Of a stretch of DNA of 64,000 bases, positions 1 through 8,587 are shown piece by piece. The position numbers and the translations under genes are program-made. Below the pieces are notes generated by a model that did not search any database, had not been told where the DNA came from, and worked only from the letters and a program-made list of their open reading frames with translations. How positions within the stretch are numbered: position 1 is the first letter of the stretch; each line of letters begins with the position of its first letter. Source of the DNA: Microbacterium sp. (GTDB taxonomy: Bacteria; Actinomycetota; Actinomycetes; Actinomycetales; Microbacteriaceae); NCBI RefSeq assembly GCF_017305435.1, contig NZ_JAFKIP010000008.1, forward strand, positions 187,216-251,215, in the 5' to 3' direction.

Positions 1-409
1 TGAAGGTGGCGTAGCCACCGGCCCGAAGGGACTCGGCGAGCGTCGGGGCATCCGCCGGAAGCTCGCACGCGAAGCCGGGGTAGCCGGGATCGATGTGCGC
101 GACGTAGCCGAACCCCGCTCGGTGGGGGTTGAGTCCCGTGAGCAGCGCGGCGCGCGAGGGGGAGCACATCGGTGCGGTGTGATAGTTCGTGAACGTCCAG
201 CCCTCGCGGGCGAGTGCGTCGATGTGCGGCGTGTCGATCTCGCTGCCGAACGGACCGAGGTCGCTGAAGCCGAGATCGTCGACGAGCACCATCACCACGT
301 TCGGACCTCGTCGGCGGGTCGACGGTTTCGGCCACCACGGGCGCGAGTCCGACGTGAACTCCTCGACGTGCCCGCGGAAGCTCTCGTACCCCCGGGCGCC
401 CTCCTGCAT
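1..409 (-). CDS. Arylsulfatase, N-terminal 136 codons (gene runs off the left edge of the window)
   Basis: Not in the ORF track because no stop lies in the window. Reverse translation from ATG 409..407 gives MQEGARGYESFRGHVEEFTSDSRPWWPKPSTRRRGPNVVMVLVDDLGFSDLGPFGSEIDTPHIDALAREGWTFTNYHTAPMCSPSRAALLTGLNPHRAGFG... This carries the C-x-P-x-R formylglycine motif. Clear paralog of CDS 8588..10894. The start overlaps the upstream stop (TGATG). Confidence 0.85.
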   Translation of the reverse strand, partial: MQEGARGYESFRGHVEEFTSDSRPWWPKPSTRRRGPNVVMVLVDDLGFSDLGPFGSEIDTPHIDALAREGWTFTNYHTAPMCSPSRAALLTGLNPHRAGFGYVAHIDPGYPGFACELPADAPTLAESLRAGGYATF

Positions 410-1239
410 CAGTTCGCCTTCCGGATGAGTCCCAGGATCTCGCTGCGCAACTCGGCGAACAAGGGCTCGGCGCGGGTCGTGAGCTGATCGCGTGGCGCCG
501 GGAAGGCGACATCGAGGATGCGGGTCACTTTCGCCGGGCGCTCGCCGAGGACGACCACCCGATCCGAGAGGTAGACGGCCTCGTCGATGTCATGAGTGAC
601 CACCACGATCGTCATGCCGAACTCCTCGCGGATCTTGAGACAGAGGTCCTCCAGGTCGAACCTCGTCTGTGCGTCGACGGAGGGGAACGGCTCGTCCATG
701 ATGAGCACGTCGGGCCGGTAGGCGATGGCGCGCGCGATCGCGACGCGCTGCTGCATCCCGCCGGAGAGCTGCCAAGGGTACTTCGTCTCGGCTCCCGCGA
801 GCCCGACAGCGGCGAGAGCCCCGGAGATGCGTGCAGCGCGCTCGGCCTTCGGCAGGCGGAGGTGCTTCAAGGGCAGTGCGACGTTGCGCTCGACGGTGAG
901 CCACGGCATGAGCGAGCGCGTGTACTCCTGAAAGACGAGTGCGAGGTCGCGCGGCGGGCCGTCGATGACATTCCCGTCGATCGCCGCGACACCCGAGGTG
1001 GCCGGCTGGAGGCCGGCGAGGCACTTCAGCAGTGTCGTCTTGCCGATGCCGGACGGACCGACGATGCACGCGACCTCGCCGGCGCGCACGTCGAAGGTCA
1101 GATCGGCGATGACGACGACGGGGCCGTTCTTGGTCGGGTACGACTTCGACAGGGAGCGGACCGACAGCCGTGCCGGGGCGTCCGCTCGGGTCGGCGCGGG
1201 CATCGCGGTGGGCGCGGAGTGCGCGGTGGTGTCGTTCAC
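409..1239 (-). CDS. ABC transporter ATP-binding protein, NitT/TauT (SsuB/TauB-like) family
   Basis: C-terminal part of ORF 409..2172(-). Walker A GPSGIGKTT, signature LSGGMQQRV, Walker B VLIMDEP. GTG 1239 overlaps the upstream stop (GTGA); ATG 1203 is an alternative start. Confidence 0.85.
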   Translation of the reverse strand: MNDTTAHSAPTAMPAPTRADAPARLSVRSLSKSYPTKNGPVVVIADLTFDVRAGEVACIVGPSGIGKTTLLKCLAGLQPATSGVAAIDGNVIDGPPRDLALVFQEYTRSLMPWLTVERNVALPLKHLRLPKAERAARISGALAAVGLAGAETKYPWQLSGGMQQRVAIARAIAYRPDVLIMDEPFPSVDAQTRFDLEDLCLKIREEFGMTIVVVTHDIDEAVYLSDRVVVLGERPAKVTRILDVAFPAPRDQLTTRAEPLFAELRSEILGLIRKAN

Positions 1240-2066
1240 AGTTCTCTTCCGATCTGCTGGGCGGCGATGTACCAGCGAAGAATCCACTTGCGGAACAGCC
1301 CGAACAGGGCCGAGGCGGCGTAGCCGATGACGCCGAGGAGGAGGATGCCGGCCCACATGTCGGCGATCGCGAACGACTGCTGCGCGAGCAGCGTCGCCGC
1401 CCCGAGACCTGTGGAGGAGCCGAGCATCTCGCTCGCGATCATGACGATGAACGCGGTCATGAGACTCACCTGCATTCCGGAGAGGATGCGCGGGCTCGCC
1501 GCGGGGAGGACGACGAGGGCCACGCGCGTGGGCCACTGGAATCGGTAGACCCGCGTCACCATGCCGAGGACGGGATCGACGCTGCGCACGCCGTCGATCG
1601 TCGCGATCAGCGTCGGGAAGAGGGCGGCCAGGGTGATCGAGAGGATGCGGGTCTCGTTGCCGAATCCGAGGAGCGCCACGAAGATCGGGACGAGCGCGAC
1701 AGGCGGGATGGCGCGGAAGAAGTGCACCACGGGGTCGACGAACCAGGCGATGGGGCGCACGAGACCGAACACCGTGCCGATCCCGACGCCGATCGCGGAT
1801 GCCAGGGCGAACGAGAGGGCGAGGTTTCCGACCGACGAACCGACGTTCGTCCAGAAGACGGGTGTCTGCGCCATCTGTCCCAGCCGCTGCAGGATCGTCT
1901 GGAGCGGCGGCAAGAAGGCGTTCGTCGATCTCGCGGAGCCGATCCACCAGGCGGCGAGGAGGAGGAGCGGCACAAGGACCTCGATGGCGACGAGCATGCC
2001 GCGCGGAGCGCGCGCGGTGCGCCGGCGGAGCGCGCGGGTGCTCACACGCCCGGTCAGCGCGCTCAT
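1236..2066 (-). CDS. ABC transporter permease (BPD-type, NitT/TauT family)
   Basis: ORF 1236..2123(-) trimmed to ATG 2066, which overlaps the upstream stop (ATGA). Multi-TM protein with the permease loop region FRAIPPVALVPIFVALLGFG. Confidence 0.85.
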   Translation of the reverse strand: MSALTGRVSTRALRRRTARAPRGMLVAIEVLVPLLLLAAWWIGSARSTNAFLPPLQTILQRLGQMAQTPVFWTNVGSSVGNLALSFALASAIGVGIGTVFGLVRPIAWFVDPVVHFFRAIPPVALVPIFVALLGFGNETRILSITLAALFPTLIATIDGVRSVDPVLGMVTRVYRFQWPTRVALVVLPAASPRILSGMQVSLMTAFIVMIASEMLGSSTGLGAATLLAQQSFAIADMWAGILLLGVIGYAASALFGLFRKWILRWYIAAQQIGREL

Positions 2067-2842
2067 CGGGTCGCCTCCGGCCGGTACTGCGGGTGCCAAT
2101 GCAGCAGCCGCCGCTCGCCCCACTCGCTGATCCCTGCGACGATGAGCCCGAGAGCTCCGAGGATGAGCACATGGGCGAACAGTCGCGTCTGGTCGCCCGA
2201 GAGCTGCGCGAGCAGAAGGCTCTGGCCGAGGCCTGGGCCGCCTCCGAGCAGGCCCGCGACGACGGCGACGATGAGCGCGGTCGGCGCCGCGACGCGAAGA
2301 GCCGTGCCGATGTAGGGGAGGGCGCTCGGGAGGATGACGGAACGCAGGATCTCGGCTCGACCCATTCCGTACGACCGCGAGGTGGCGATGGCGACCGGAT
2401 CAGTGTCGAAGACCCCGGCCGAGGTCTGCATGGCGATGGCGAAGACGCACCCGAAGAACACGAGGAAGACTCCCATGCCAGCGGTCGGGCCCCAGATGAG
2501 GACGACGACCGGGAGGATCACGATGGGCGGGATCGGCTTGAGGAACTCGAGGGGGATCCGCGTCGCGTGCATCGCGATCGGAGAGACGCCGATCATGATG
2601 CCCACGAGGACTCCCGCCGTCGCCGCCAGGAGCAGCCCGCCGAGCGCCATCCCGAGTGTGCTCGCGACGGCAGACCAGAGATCGGGCGTCACGAGGAGCG
2701 CGCCGGCCTGTCCGATCGCATCGAATGCCGTGGGGAGCGGCGAGTCGGCGAGGGGTCCCGCGGTGGCGGCGTACTGCCACGCCGCCACCGCGGTCGCGAT
2801 CCCCGCCGCTCCCACGAGCGGCTGGCGAGCGGAGGCATGCAT
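2063..2842 (-). CDS. ABC transporter permease (second BPD-type permease)
   Basis: ORF 2063..3127(-) trimmed to ATG 2842 (MHASARQPLVG...), which overlaps the SBP stop by 1 nt. Paralogous to the 1236..2066 permease (LKPIPPIVILPVVVLIWG). Confidence 0.85.
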   Translation of the reverse strand: MHASARQPLVGAAGIATAVAAWQYAATAGPLADSPLPTAFDAIGQAGALLVTPDLWSAVASTLGMALGGLLLAATAGVLVGIMIGVSPIAMHATRIPLEFLKPIPPIVILPVVVLIWGPTAGMGVFLVFFGCVFAIAMQTSAGVFDTDPVAIATSRSYGMGRAEILRSVILPSALPYIGTALRVAAPTALIVAVVAGLLGGGPGLGQSLLLAQLSGDQTRLFAHVLILGALGLIVAGISEWGERRLLHWHPQYRPEATR

Positions 2843-3861
2843 CAGGGCTCCGGAATGATGACGCCGTCGAGGGCGACGGGAGCGCCGAGGAAGCCGAGGG
2901 CGACGAGCTTGTCGTTGACGCGTTGGATGTCTTCGACGCGCACGGACGTGGGCCAGTAGGGAACGGTGGCGTCCGCGACCGTCAGCGTCGACTTCGTGTA
3001 GTCGATGCCCGCCTGCACGGCATCGTCGGGGTGCTCGTTGGCAAAGGCGTTGGCCTTGGCGATCGCTCGCTGGAAGCCGGCGATCGCGGAGGACTTGCCC
3101 TCGACGGTGCTCGCTCCGGCGACCCACAGCCCGACCGCACCCTCACGGAAGAAGTGGATGCCGGGGGAGACGACGTGCGTGGCTCCGTCGGCCGCGGCCT
3201 GGTCGGTGAAGGGCGTGACGAGTCCGGCTGCGTCGACCTGTCCCGCCTTGAGGGCGGCGGCCGCCGAGGTGAAGTCGAGGACGACCCAGTTGATGGACGC
3301 GGGATCGACGCCGGCATCGCTCAGCGCTGCGGAGATCGTCACCTCGAGCTGAGCCTTGCGCGCGGGGACGGCGATCGTCTTGCCGGCGAGCTGCTCGACC
3401 GATGTGATCCCGCTTGTAGCGCTCGCGTAGAGCGCGCTGTCGTCCTTCTTGTCGGCGTCCGCGGCGTCGGCATCGCCGTCGGCGTAGCCGTCGGCGTAGC
3501 CGTCGGCGGCCTGGACGATCTTCAGCGGCACCGACTGGCTGAGGGCGTTCAGCACGGGGATGCTGGGCGCGTACGCGAGGTCGACCTGGCCGCTCTGCGC
3601 GGCGGCGAGCCCTGCGGCGGGATTGGCCACGACCGAGGTCTCGATCTCGAGCCCTTCATCCGAGAAGAAACCCTGCTGGATGCCGAGCTGCAGAGCGCCG
3701 TCGGAGAGGAGACCGATGGTCGCGACCTTCAGTGTCGTCGCACCGCTTCCGCTCGGCCCGCCGGCGGATCCGGAGTCGGAGGAGCAGGCGCTGAGGAACA
3801 GGCCCGCGGCGGCCGCCGCGGCGAGAGCGAACACCGCGCGACGGTGTGAGGACTTCAACAT
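2842..3861 (-). CDS. ABC substrate-binding lipoprotein, NMT1/SsuA-like
   Basis: ORF 2842..4146(-) trimmed to ATG 3861, preceded by GAAGGAG. Signal peptide with lipobox LFLSAC. Periplasmic binding-protein-like sequence. Contains an acidic repeat insertion (ADGYADGYADGDADAADADKKDD). Confidence 0.85.
   Translation of the reverse strand: MLKSSHRRAVFALAAAAAAGLFLSACSSDSGSAGGPSGSGATTLKVATIGLLSDGALQLGIQQGFFSDEGLEIETSVVANPAAGLAAAQSGQVDLAYAPSIPVLNALSQSVPLKIVQAADGYADGYADGDADAADADKKDDSALYASATSGITSVEQLAGKTIAVPARKAQLEVTISAALSDAGVDPASINWVVLDFTSAAAALKAGQVDAAGLVTPFTDQAAADGATHVVSPGIHFFREGAVGLWVAGASTVEGKSSAIAGFQRAIAKANAFANEHPDDAVQAGIDYTKSTLTVADATVPYWPTSVRVEDIQRVNDKLVALGFLGAPVALDGVIIPEP
3439..3507 (-). repeat. 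In-frame short tandem repeat (GCCGACGGCTAC-type) inside the SBP gene
   Basis: Encodes ADGYADGYADGDADAADADKKDD. The DNA shows gccgtcggcgtagccgtcggcgtagccgtcggc on the plus strand. Confidence 0.5.
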
Positions 3862-3957
3862 GGTGGGCTCCTTCGAGAATGCATCGGATGGGTGAGGCAG
3901 GAGCGACGGCCGTGAGCGGGGTCGTCGTCGACGCCCGGTCTGGGACGAGGCGCCCTT

Positions 3958-3987
3958 GCTTTTCGTCACCGGTTGGTGATTAAAAGC
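3958..3987. promoter_or_regulatory. Dyad site F: 30-bp near-perfect palindrome GCTTTTcgTCACCGGTTGGTGAttAAAAGC between the ABC/sulfatase operon and TetR-1
   Basis: Read directly from the sequence. 26 of 30 positions are self-complementary. It lies about 105 nt from the SBP ATG and about 113 nt from the TetR-1 ATG, in the divergent promoter region. Confidence 0.55.
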
Positions 3988-4091
3988 TACTCCCGATTGT
4001 GTCGCGCTGTCATTACGGCTGTGTAACGATACGTAACCGTTTGGAGACAAAAAGCGCGCCCCGTAGGCTTCTCTCCAGAGGAGGAGCCGAC

Positions 4092-4694
4092 ATGCCGAAG
4101 ATCGTCGACCATGACGAGCGTCGCGAACAGATCGTGGATGCCACATGGCGACTCATCCACCGCGGGGGGTTCGAGAAGGCCACGATGCGCGAGATCGCCG
4201 CAGAGGCGGGGTTCGCCCACGGTGCGCTCCAGCGCTACTTCCCCAACAAGGAGAGCGTCCTCGCCGCAGCATTCGTCCGTGCCCACACCCGGACGAACGA
4301 TCGCGCACGTGCTGAGCTCGAAGCCGAGAGAGGGCTCAGCGCATTGAGGACGCTGTGCCTCGAGATCATGCCGATCGATCGCGATCGTGCGCAGGAGTCG
4401 CGCGTCGTGGTCGCCTTCTGGGATCGTGCCGTCCAGGACCCCGAACTCTGGAACGCGCATCGGGCGAACGCTCTCAACTGGCGCCGGCAGATGCAGACGT
4501 TCCTCGATCAGGCGCGCGCCGACGGGGAGATCGGCGACGGCGTCGTCGACGAAGTGGTCATCGATCAGATCTCGAGCATGAACGCCGGTCTGCAGGTGAT
4601 GTGCCTGCTCATGCCCGACGAGACGACGGCCGCACGGCAGATCGCGGCGCTCGATGCGATTCTCGACGGACTGCGCGCGTCGGCGGCCCCCTGA
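4092..4694 (+). CDS. TetR/AcrR family transcriptional regulator (TetR-1)
   Basis: ORF 3999..4694(+) trimmed to ATG 4092, preceded by GAGGAG. N-terminal HTH MPKIVDHDERREQIVDATWRLIHRGGFEKATMREIAAEAGFAHGALQRYFPNKES. Paralog of CDS 23600..24184. Confidence 0.9.
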   Translation: MPKIVDHDERREQIVDATWRLIHRGGFEKATMREIAAEAGFAHGALQRYFPNKESVLAAAFVRAHTRTNDRARAELEAERGLSALRTLCLEIMPIDRDRAQESRVVVAFWDRAVQDPELWNAHRANALNWRRQMQTFLDQARADGEIGDGVVDEVVIDQISSMNAGLQVMCLLMPDETTAARQIAALDAILDGLRASAAP

Positions 4695-4701
4695 CGAGGG
4701 G

Positions 4702-6396
4702 TCAGCGTTCGTACACGACACGGCCGCCCACCACAGTGAGGTCGACACAGAGGTCGCGCAGCGCATCCACGTGATCCTCGTTCGGCAGCGACCCGGACAG
4801 CACGACGAGATCGGCCCACCGCCCCGGCGCAAGGGTCCCCTTCGACGCGCGGGCCCCGTCGAGGACGGCGGCGGTCACCGTCATCATCGCGACGGCATCG
4901 AGGACGGAGACCGCTTCGGGGTCGCCGGAGCGCGGCATCCCGTCGACCTGCGAACGCTGCACCGCGGTGATCACGGCTTCACGCCAATCGGGGTCGACCA
5001 CCGGGGCATCGGAGGACAGGGTCACCGTGACTCCTGATCGGAGGGCGGAGCCGAGTGGCTGTCGCACGCTCTGGCGTTCCGGACCGAGCAGCACGTGGCC
5101 GATCCCGGAGACCATCCGCGAGATCACGGGGTTGGCGGTCCAGCCGATGTTCGCGTCGGCGAGCTGCCGCATACCGGAGGCGGGAAGGAAGTCGCCGTGG
5201 ATGAGGTAGGGGGTGGCGGCGCGGTCCGTGTCGGAGAGATCGAGGAGGGCGTCGACCACGGCATCCGAGGCGGCATCACCGGTCGCGTGCACGCCGGCCT
5301 GCAGCCCCGACGCTCCGATCGCGGCGAGCACGTCACGCAGGGTGGACGTGCGTTCCGCGTCGTCCTCGCCGCCGACGGAGAGGCGTCCGCGAGCCGGAGG
5401 GTCGCCGTAGGGCTCGCGGTGCCAGGCGGTGCCGCTGCGTTGGATGCCGTCGGCGAAGACCTTGACGCCCGCGACGCGCAGCATGTGCGGGTCGAGGTCG
5501 TCGAAGGCGTGTGGGAGAGGCCCGGCAAGGCCTGCCCTGACACTCTGCGCGGTCTCGCCGCCCGTGCCGGAGAAGGTCAGCAGCACCCCTGTGCGCACCG
5601 TGAGCTGGTCGGAGCGCGCGAGGGAGGCGAGCGCGGTCAGTGCGGCGGGCGACGCCGAGCCATCGAAGAGTGTGGCATGCCCGGGTCCGATCCCGGGGTC
5701 GGTGACCGAGGTGATTCCGAGGGCCGCCAGGTCGCGCTGAGCCTCGATCAGGACCCGGGCGAGAGTGTCGGCGTCGACGGCGGGAAGGGCGCGGAGGACG
5801 AGAGCCGTCGCCGCGTCGGCGAACACTCCCGTCGGCTCTCCGGACTCGTCGCGCACGACGACGCCGCCCTCGGGGTCGGGCGTATCGCGGTCGATGCCGA
5901 GGACGTCCAGCGCGGCCGATCCGACGAGCAACTGGTGTCCGGTGCGGTCGAGGAGCACGGTCGGGACGTCCTCGATCCCGTGTGCGGCGAGCGCGCGATC
6001 GACGTCAGCCGTCGTCCCGGGCCGACCGAGGGCCTCGGCATCCCACCCCTGCGCGCGGATCCACCCGTCGTCGCCGATCGCATCCGCGGTGAGCACTTCG
6101 GCGAGGCCCTCCCACGACGGCACCGACGCCGATGAGACATCGCGCAGTCCGTGCCGGGCCATCGCATAGCAGACGAGATGCAGGTGCGTGTCGTTGATCC
6201 CGGGGATCACGGTGCGGCCGGCGAGCTCGACGACCCGGGTGCGCGGACCGATGTGCTCGGCCACCGTGGGCCCGACCGCCAGCACCGTGCCGCCGCCGAT
6301 CGCAATGGCATCGCTCACTGCCGGCGGCACGCCCGGAGCCCAGTCGGCGAAGGTGACGACCGCGCCCCCGCGCAGGACGAGATCGGCGACGGTCAT
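4702..6396 (-). CDS. Amidohydrolase family 3 (YtcJ-like metal-dependent hydrolase)
   Basis: C-terminal 564 codons of ORF 4702..7737(-), starting MTVADLVLRGG. Motifs PGINDTHLHL and VHATGD. Lies 4 nt downstream of the amine oxidase stop. Paralog of 26120..27523. Confidence 0.88.
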   Translation of the reverse strand: MTVADLVLRGGAVVTFADWAPGVPPAVSDAIAIGGGTVLAVGPTVAEHIGPRTRVVELAGRTVIPGINDTHLHLVCYAMARHGLRDVSSASVPSWEGLAEVLTADAIGDDGWIRAQGWDAEALGRPGTTADVDRALAAHGIEDVPTVLLDRTGHQLLVGSAALDVLGIDRDTPDPEGGVVVRDESGEPTGVFADAATALVLRALPAVDADTLARVLIEAQRDLAALGITSVTDPGIGPGHATLFDGSASPAALTALASLARSDQLTVRTGVLLTFSGTGGETAQSVRAGLAGPLPHAFDDLDPHMLRVAGVKVFADGIQRSGTAWHREPYGDPPARGRLSVGGEDDAERTSTLRDVLAAIGASGLQAGVHATGDAASDAVVDALLDLSDTDRAATPYLIHGDFLPASGMRQLADANIGWTANPVISRMVSGIGHVLLGPERQSVRQPLGSALRSGVTVTLSSDAPVVDPDWREAVITAVQRSQVDGMPRSGDPEAVSVLDAVAMMTVTAAVLDGARASKGTLAPGRWADLVVLSGSLPNEDHVDALRDLCVDLTVVGGRVVYER

Positions 6397-6400
6397 GCGC

Positions 6401-8431
6401 TCAGTGCCCGCAGGTGCAGGCAGCGCCCTCACCGCAGCCGCCGTCGACGGCCTCTTCGGCGCCCGATCGCACGGCGTGCGCCTGGCTCGATTCGGGGACG
6501 TCCATCGCGGGGTTGACGTCGCTGAACCCGTACGGCTTGAACCAGAACCCCGCGTAGTCGACGGGCATGATGGGCCAGTCCTCGGGGCGGGGGATGTGGG
6601 TGAGGCCGAACGTGTGCCAGAGCACGAGGTCTTCGCCGTCGATCGAGCGGTCGTCGGCCGTGTAGGCGGGGAGCCCGGCTCCGCCCTGGTGGGCGTTCGG
6701 GTACCGACCGGCGGGCCAGCGCTCGTCGGGGTCGTACGCGGTGCCCCAGAGGTGCTTCGTCGCGAACGCGGCGCGTGCCGCGACGGTGGATGCCGGGTCG
6801 GCCATGAGCAGGGCGGTCGGCTCGGGGACGAGGTGGTACGCGGTCGGCTTGCCGATGTAGTTCCTCTTCGACGCCGACTGCACCTCCCACACGCGCGCGA
6901 CGGACGTGTCGGCGAGGCGCTGCGCCTCGTGTTCGGTGCGCAGGGGTGTCGCCGTCCAGGTGAAGGCGTTGCCGAAGGGATTGTCCGCGCCCATCGGGAT
7001 GCGTGCGGCGTCGATCTCGATGAGGCGGTTGTCGTCACCGTCGATCGAGACGTCGAGCCGCGCCGAGAACAGGTGCTGGTGGACCGGTGCGAATACCCCC
7101 GGCGCGATCTCGGGGGCGTGACGGTTCTCGGCGCCCGGGATCCCGGCGCCGACGAACACGATGCCGGTCGCCTTCGCCTCGACCTGGATGGAGCCGTCGA
7201 GGTAGAAGTACCAGAAGAAGCCGTAGTCGTAGTTGCCGATCGTGGAGAAGTACGAGACGACCAGGCGCCGCGAACGGCGCACCTGCGCGCCGACGGGCCC
7301 CGGCTCGGTGTGCTTCCACAGCACGCCGTAGTCCTCCTCGTGCATGCACACGACGTTCGGGATCTTGACTGCGTGCCCGTGGTCGTCGGCGACGTAGCCG
7401 TCGAAGTAGCGGATGACGCCGAGGCAGTCGCAGCCGAGCTCGAGGTGGTTCCCGTTCTTGCCGAGGAGGTACTCGCCGGCGTCGAAGTAGCTGATCCAGA
7501 AGCGCGTGTTGCTCGTGTCGCCGTAGGGGACGACCATCTCTGGCACGCTCGCGCGCGAGAGGACGGACCGGTCGTCGAAGCGCACGTCGTGCAGCACGAG
7601 GCCCTCGCGGGCGTTGAAGTCGACGCGCAGCGACCAGTTCTCCCACTGCACGTGATGGCCGTCGACATGGAAGCTCGGCCCCTCGGGCTGCGTGATCTCG
7701 ATCGGCTTGAGCGTGTCGCGGGCCGGGCCCACGGCATCCGGCGTGTACTTCCCGCTGCCGGCCGGGACGGGGATGTCGCCGTCGTCCTCGATGCCGATGA
7801 CCTCGTTCGTCACGAGGTCGACGTGCACGATCAGCCCCTCGACGGGATGCGCCCACGGGATGTCGTCCTCGCTGTCGCGCAGGAACGTGAGGGAGCGGAT
7901 GACGCGGCGGCCCACCTCGTTCTCGCGCCCGACGAATCCGGGGGCGAGCGGGCCGCAGAAGGCGAGGTCCATCCGGTCCGCCAGGCCGCGGCGGGTCATC
8001 GCGGTCCGCCACTCCGTCGAGGCCTTCACGATCTCGGCGGCCCGCTCGTACTCCTCGAAGAGGTACTGCGGCTGTCCGTAGGGAGCCGTCGTCGTGTCGT
8101 ACGAGCGCTGAGAGACGATCTCCCCGCGGGTGATCGACACGATCGCCTCCGTGACGTCGCCCGTCGCGGCATCCAACAGGGTGACATCGACGCGGCGATC
8201 GATCTCGTCGCCCGGCCTCCAGGCCGCGAGTTCGGTCTTGTCGTACTCGTCCGGCAGGAGCATCGGCACCCGCACGCTCTCGGTGAGAAGTCCCGCGCCG
8301 ACGAGGATCTCGCGCGCGCGGTCGATCTCGGCGGCTGTCAGCGGGTCGCGCGGATGCCGCGGTGCGCTCTCGACGGCGCCCGGAGGAAGCAGATCGGGGT
8401 TGCCGCCGGCGTGGTCGTGATGGTGCGTCAT
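6401..8431 (-). CDS. Copper-containing primary amine oxidase (topaquinone enzyme)
   Basis: ORF 6401..8431(-), 676 aa. TPQ precursor motif TIGNYDY, His ligands in VHQHLF and WHTFGLTH. Overall resemblance to Arthrobacter phenylethylamine/histamine oxidase. RBS GGAGGA upstream. Confidence 0.93.
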   Translation of the reverse strand: MTHHHDHAGGNPDLLPPGAVESAPRHPRDPLTAAEIDRAREILVGAGLLTESVRVPMLLPDEYDKTELAAWRPGDEIDRRVDVTLLDAATGDVTEAIVSITRGEIVSQRSYDTTTAPYGQPQYLFEEYERAAEIVKASTEWRTAMTRRGLADRMDLAFCGPLAPGFVGRENEVGRRVIRSLTFLRDSEDDIPWAHPVEGLIVHVDLVTNEVIGIEDDGDIPVPAGSGKYTPDAVGPARDTLKPIEITQPEGPSFHVDGHHVQWENWSLRVDFNAREGLVLHDVRFDDRSVLSRASVPEMVVPYGDTSNTRFWISYFDAGEYLLGKNGNHLELGCDCLGVIRYFDGYVADDHGHAVKIPNVVCMHEEDYGVLWKHTEPGPVGAQVRRSRRLVVSYFSTIGNYDYGFFWYFYLDGSIQVEAKATGIVFVGAGIPGAENRHAPEIAPGVFAPVHQHLFSARLDVSIDGDDNRLIEIDAARIPMGADNPFGNAFTWTATPLRTEHEAQRLADTSVARVWEVQSASKRNYIGKPTAYHLVPEPTALLMADPASTVAARAAFATKHLWGTAYDPDERWPAGRYPNAHQGGAGLPAYTADDRSIDGEDLVLWHTFGLTHIPRPEDWPIMPVDYAGFWFKPYGFSDVNPAMDVPESSQAHAVRSGAEEAVDGGCGEGAACTCGH

Positions 8432-8559
8432 CGCAGTCTCCTCCAGAGTGATGGCATCCAGTGTCCCTCGCCCGTGCGCCGGCGGATTGATCGCCCGTGC
8501 ACGATCCGTGACCGAGGCCGCGGGAGCAGTGCGGTGCGGTGGCCCGGGCGACAGTATAT

Positions 8560-8573
8560 TCTACGATCGTAGA
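8560..8573. promoter_or_regulatory. Dyad site A: perfect 14-bp palindrome TCTACGATCGTAGA
   Basis: Lies between the divergent amine-oxidase operon and the sulfatase gene. It overlaps candidate -10 hexamers on both strands (TATATT 8555..8560 on +; TAGAAT 8563..8558 on -). It ends 15 nt before the sulfatase ATG. Confidence 0.55.
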
Positions 8574-8587
8574 TCAAAGGAGACGCG

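Noticed and set aside
3862-3957. TPP or other riboswitch upstream of the NMT1/THI5-like binding protein.
   Set aside because: No CUGAGA / ACCUGAUCUGGAUAAUGCCAGCG-type TPP core, or other aptamer I recognise, is present on the minus strand.
6188-8572. Very long alternative-frame or antisense ORFs. Examples: 6188..8572 (+, 794 aa), 1170..2315 (+), 8849..10954 (-), 20686..22890 (-), 23997..26513 (-), 27949..29943 (+), 56194..57435 (-), 58891..60489 (-).
   Set aside because: Their translations are Arg/Ala/Gly/Pro/Asp-rich low-complexity sequence. They lie opposite or out of frame to genes with clear family signatures. Such shadow ORFs are expected in about 70% GC DNA, where stop codons are rare.
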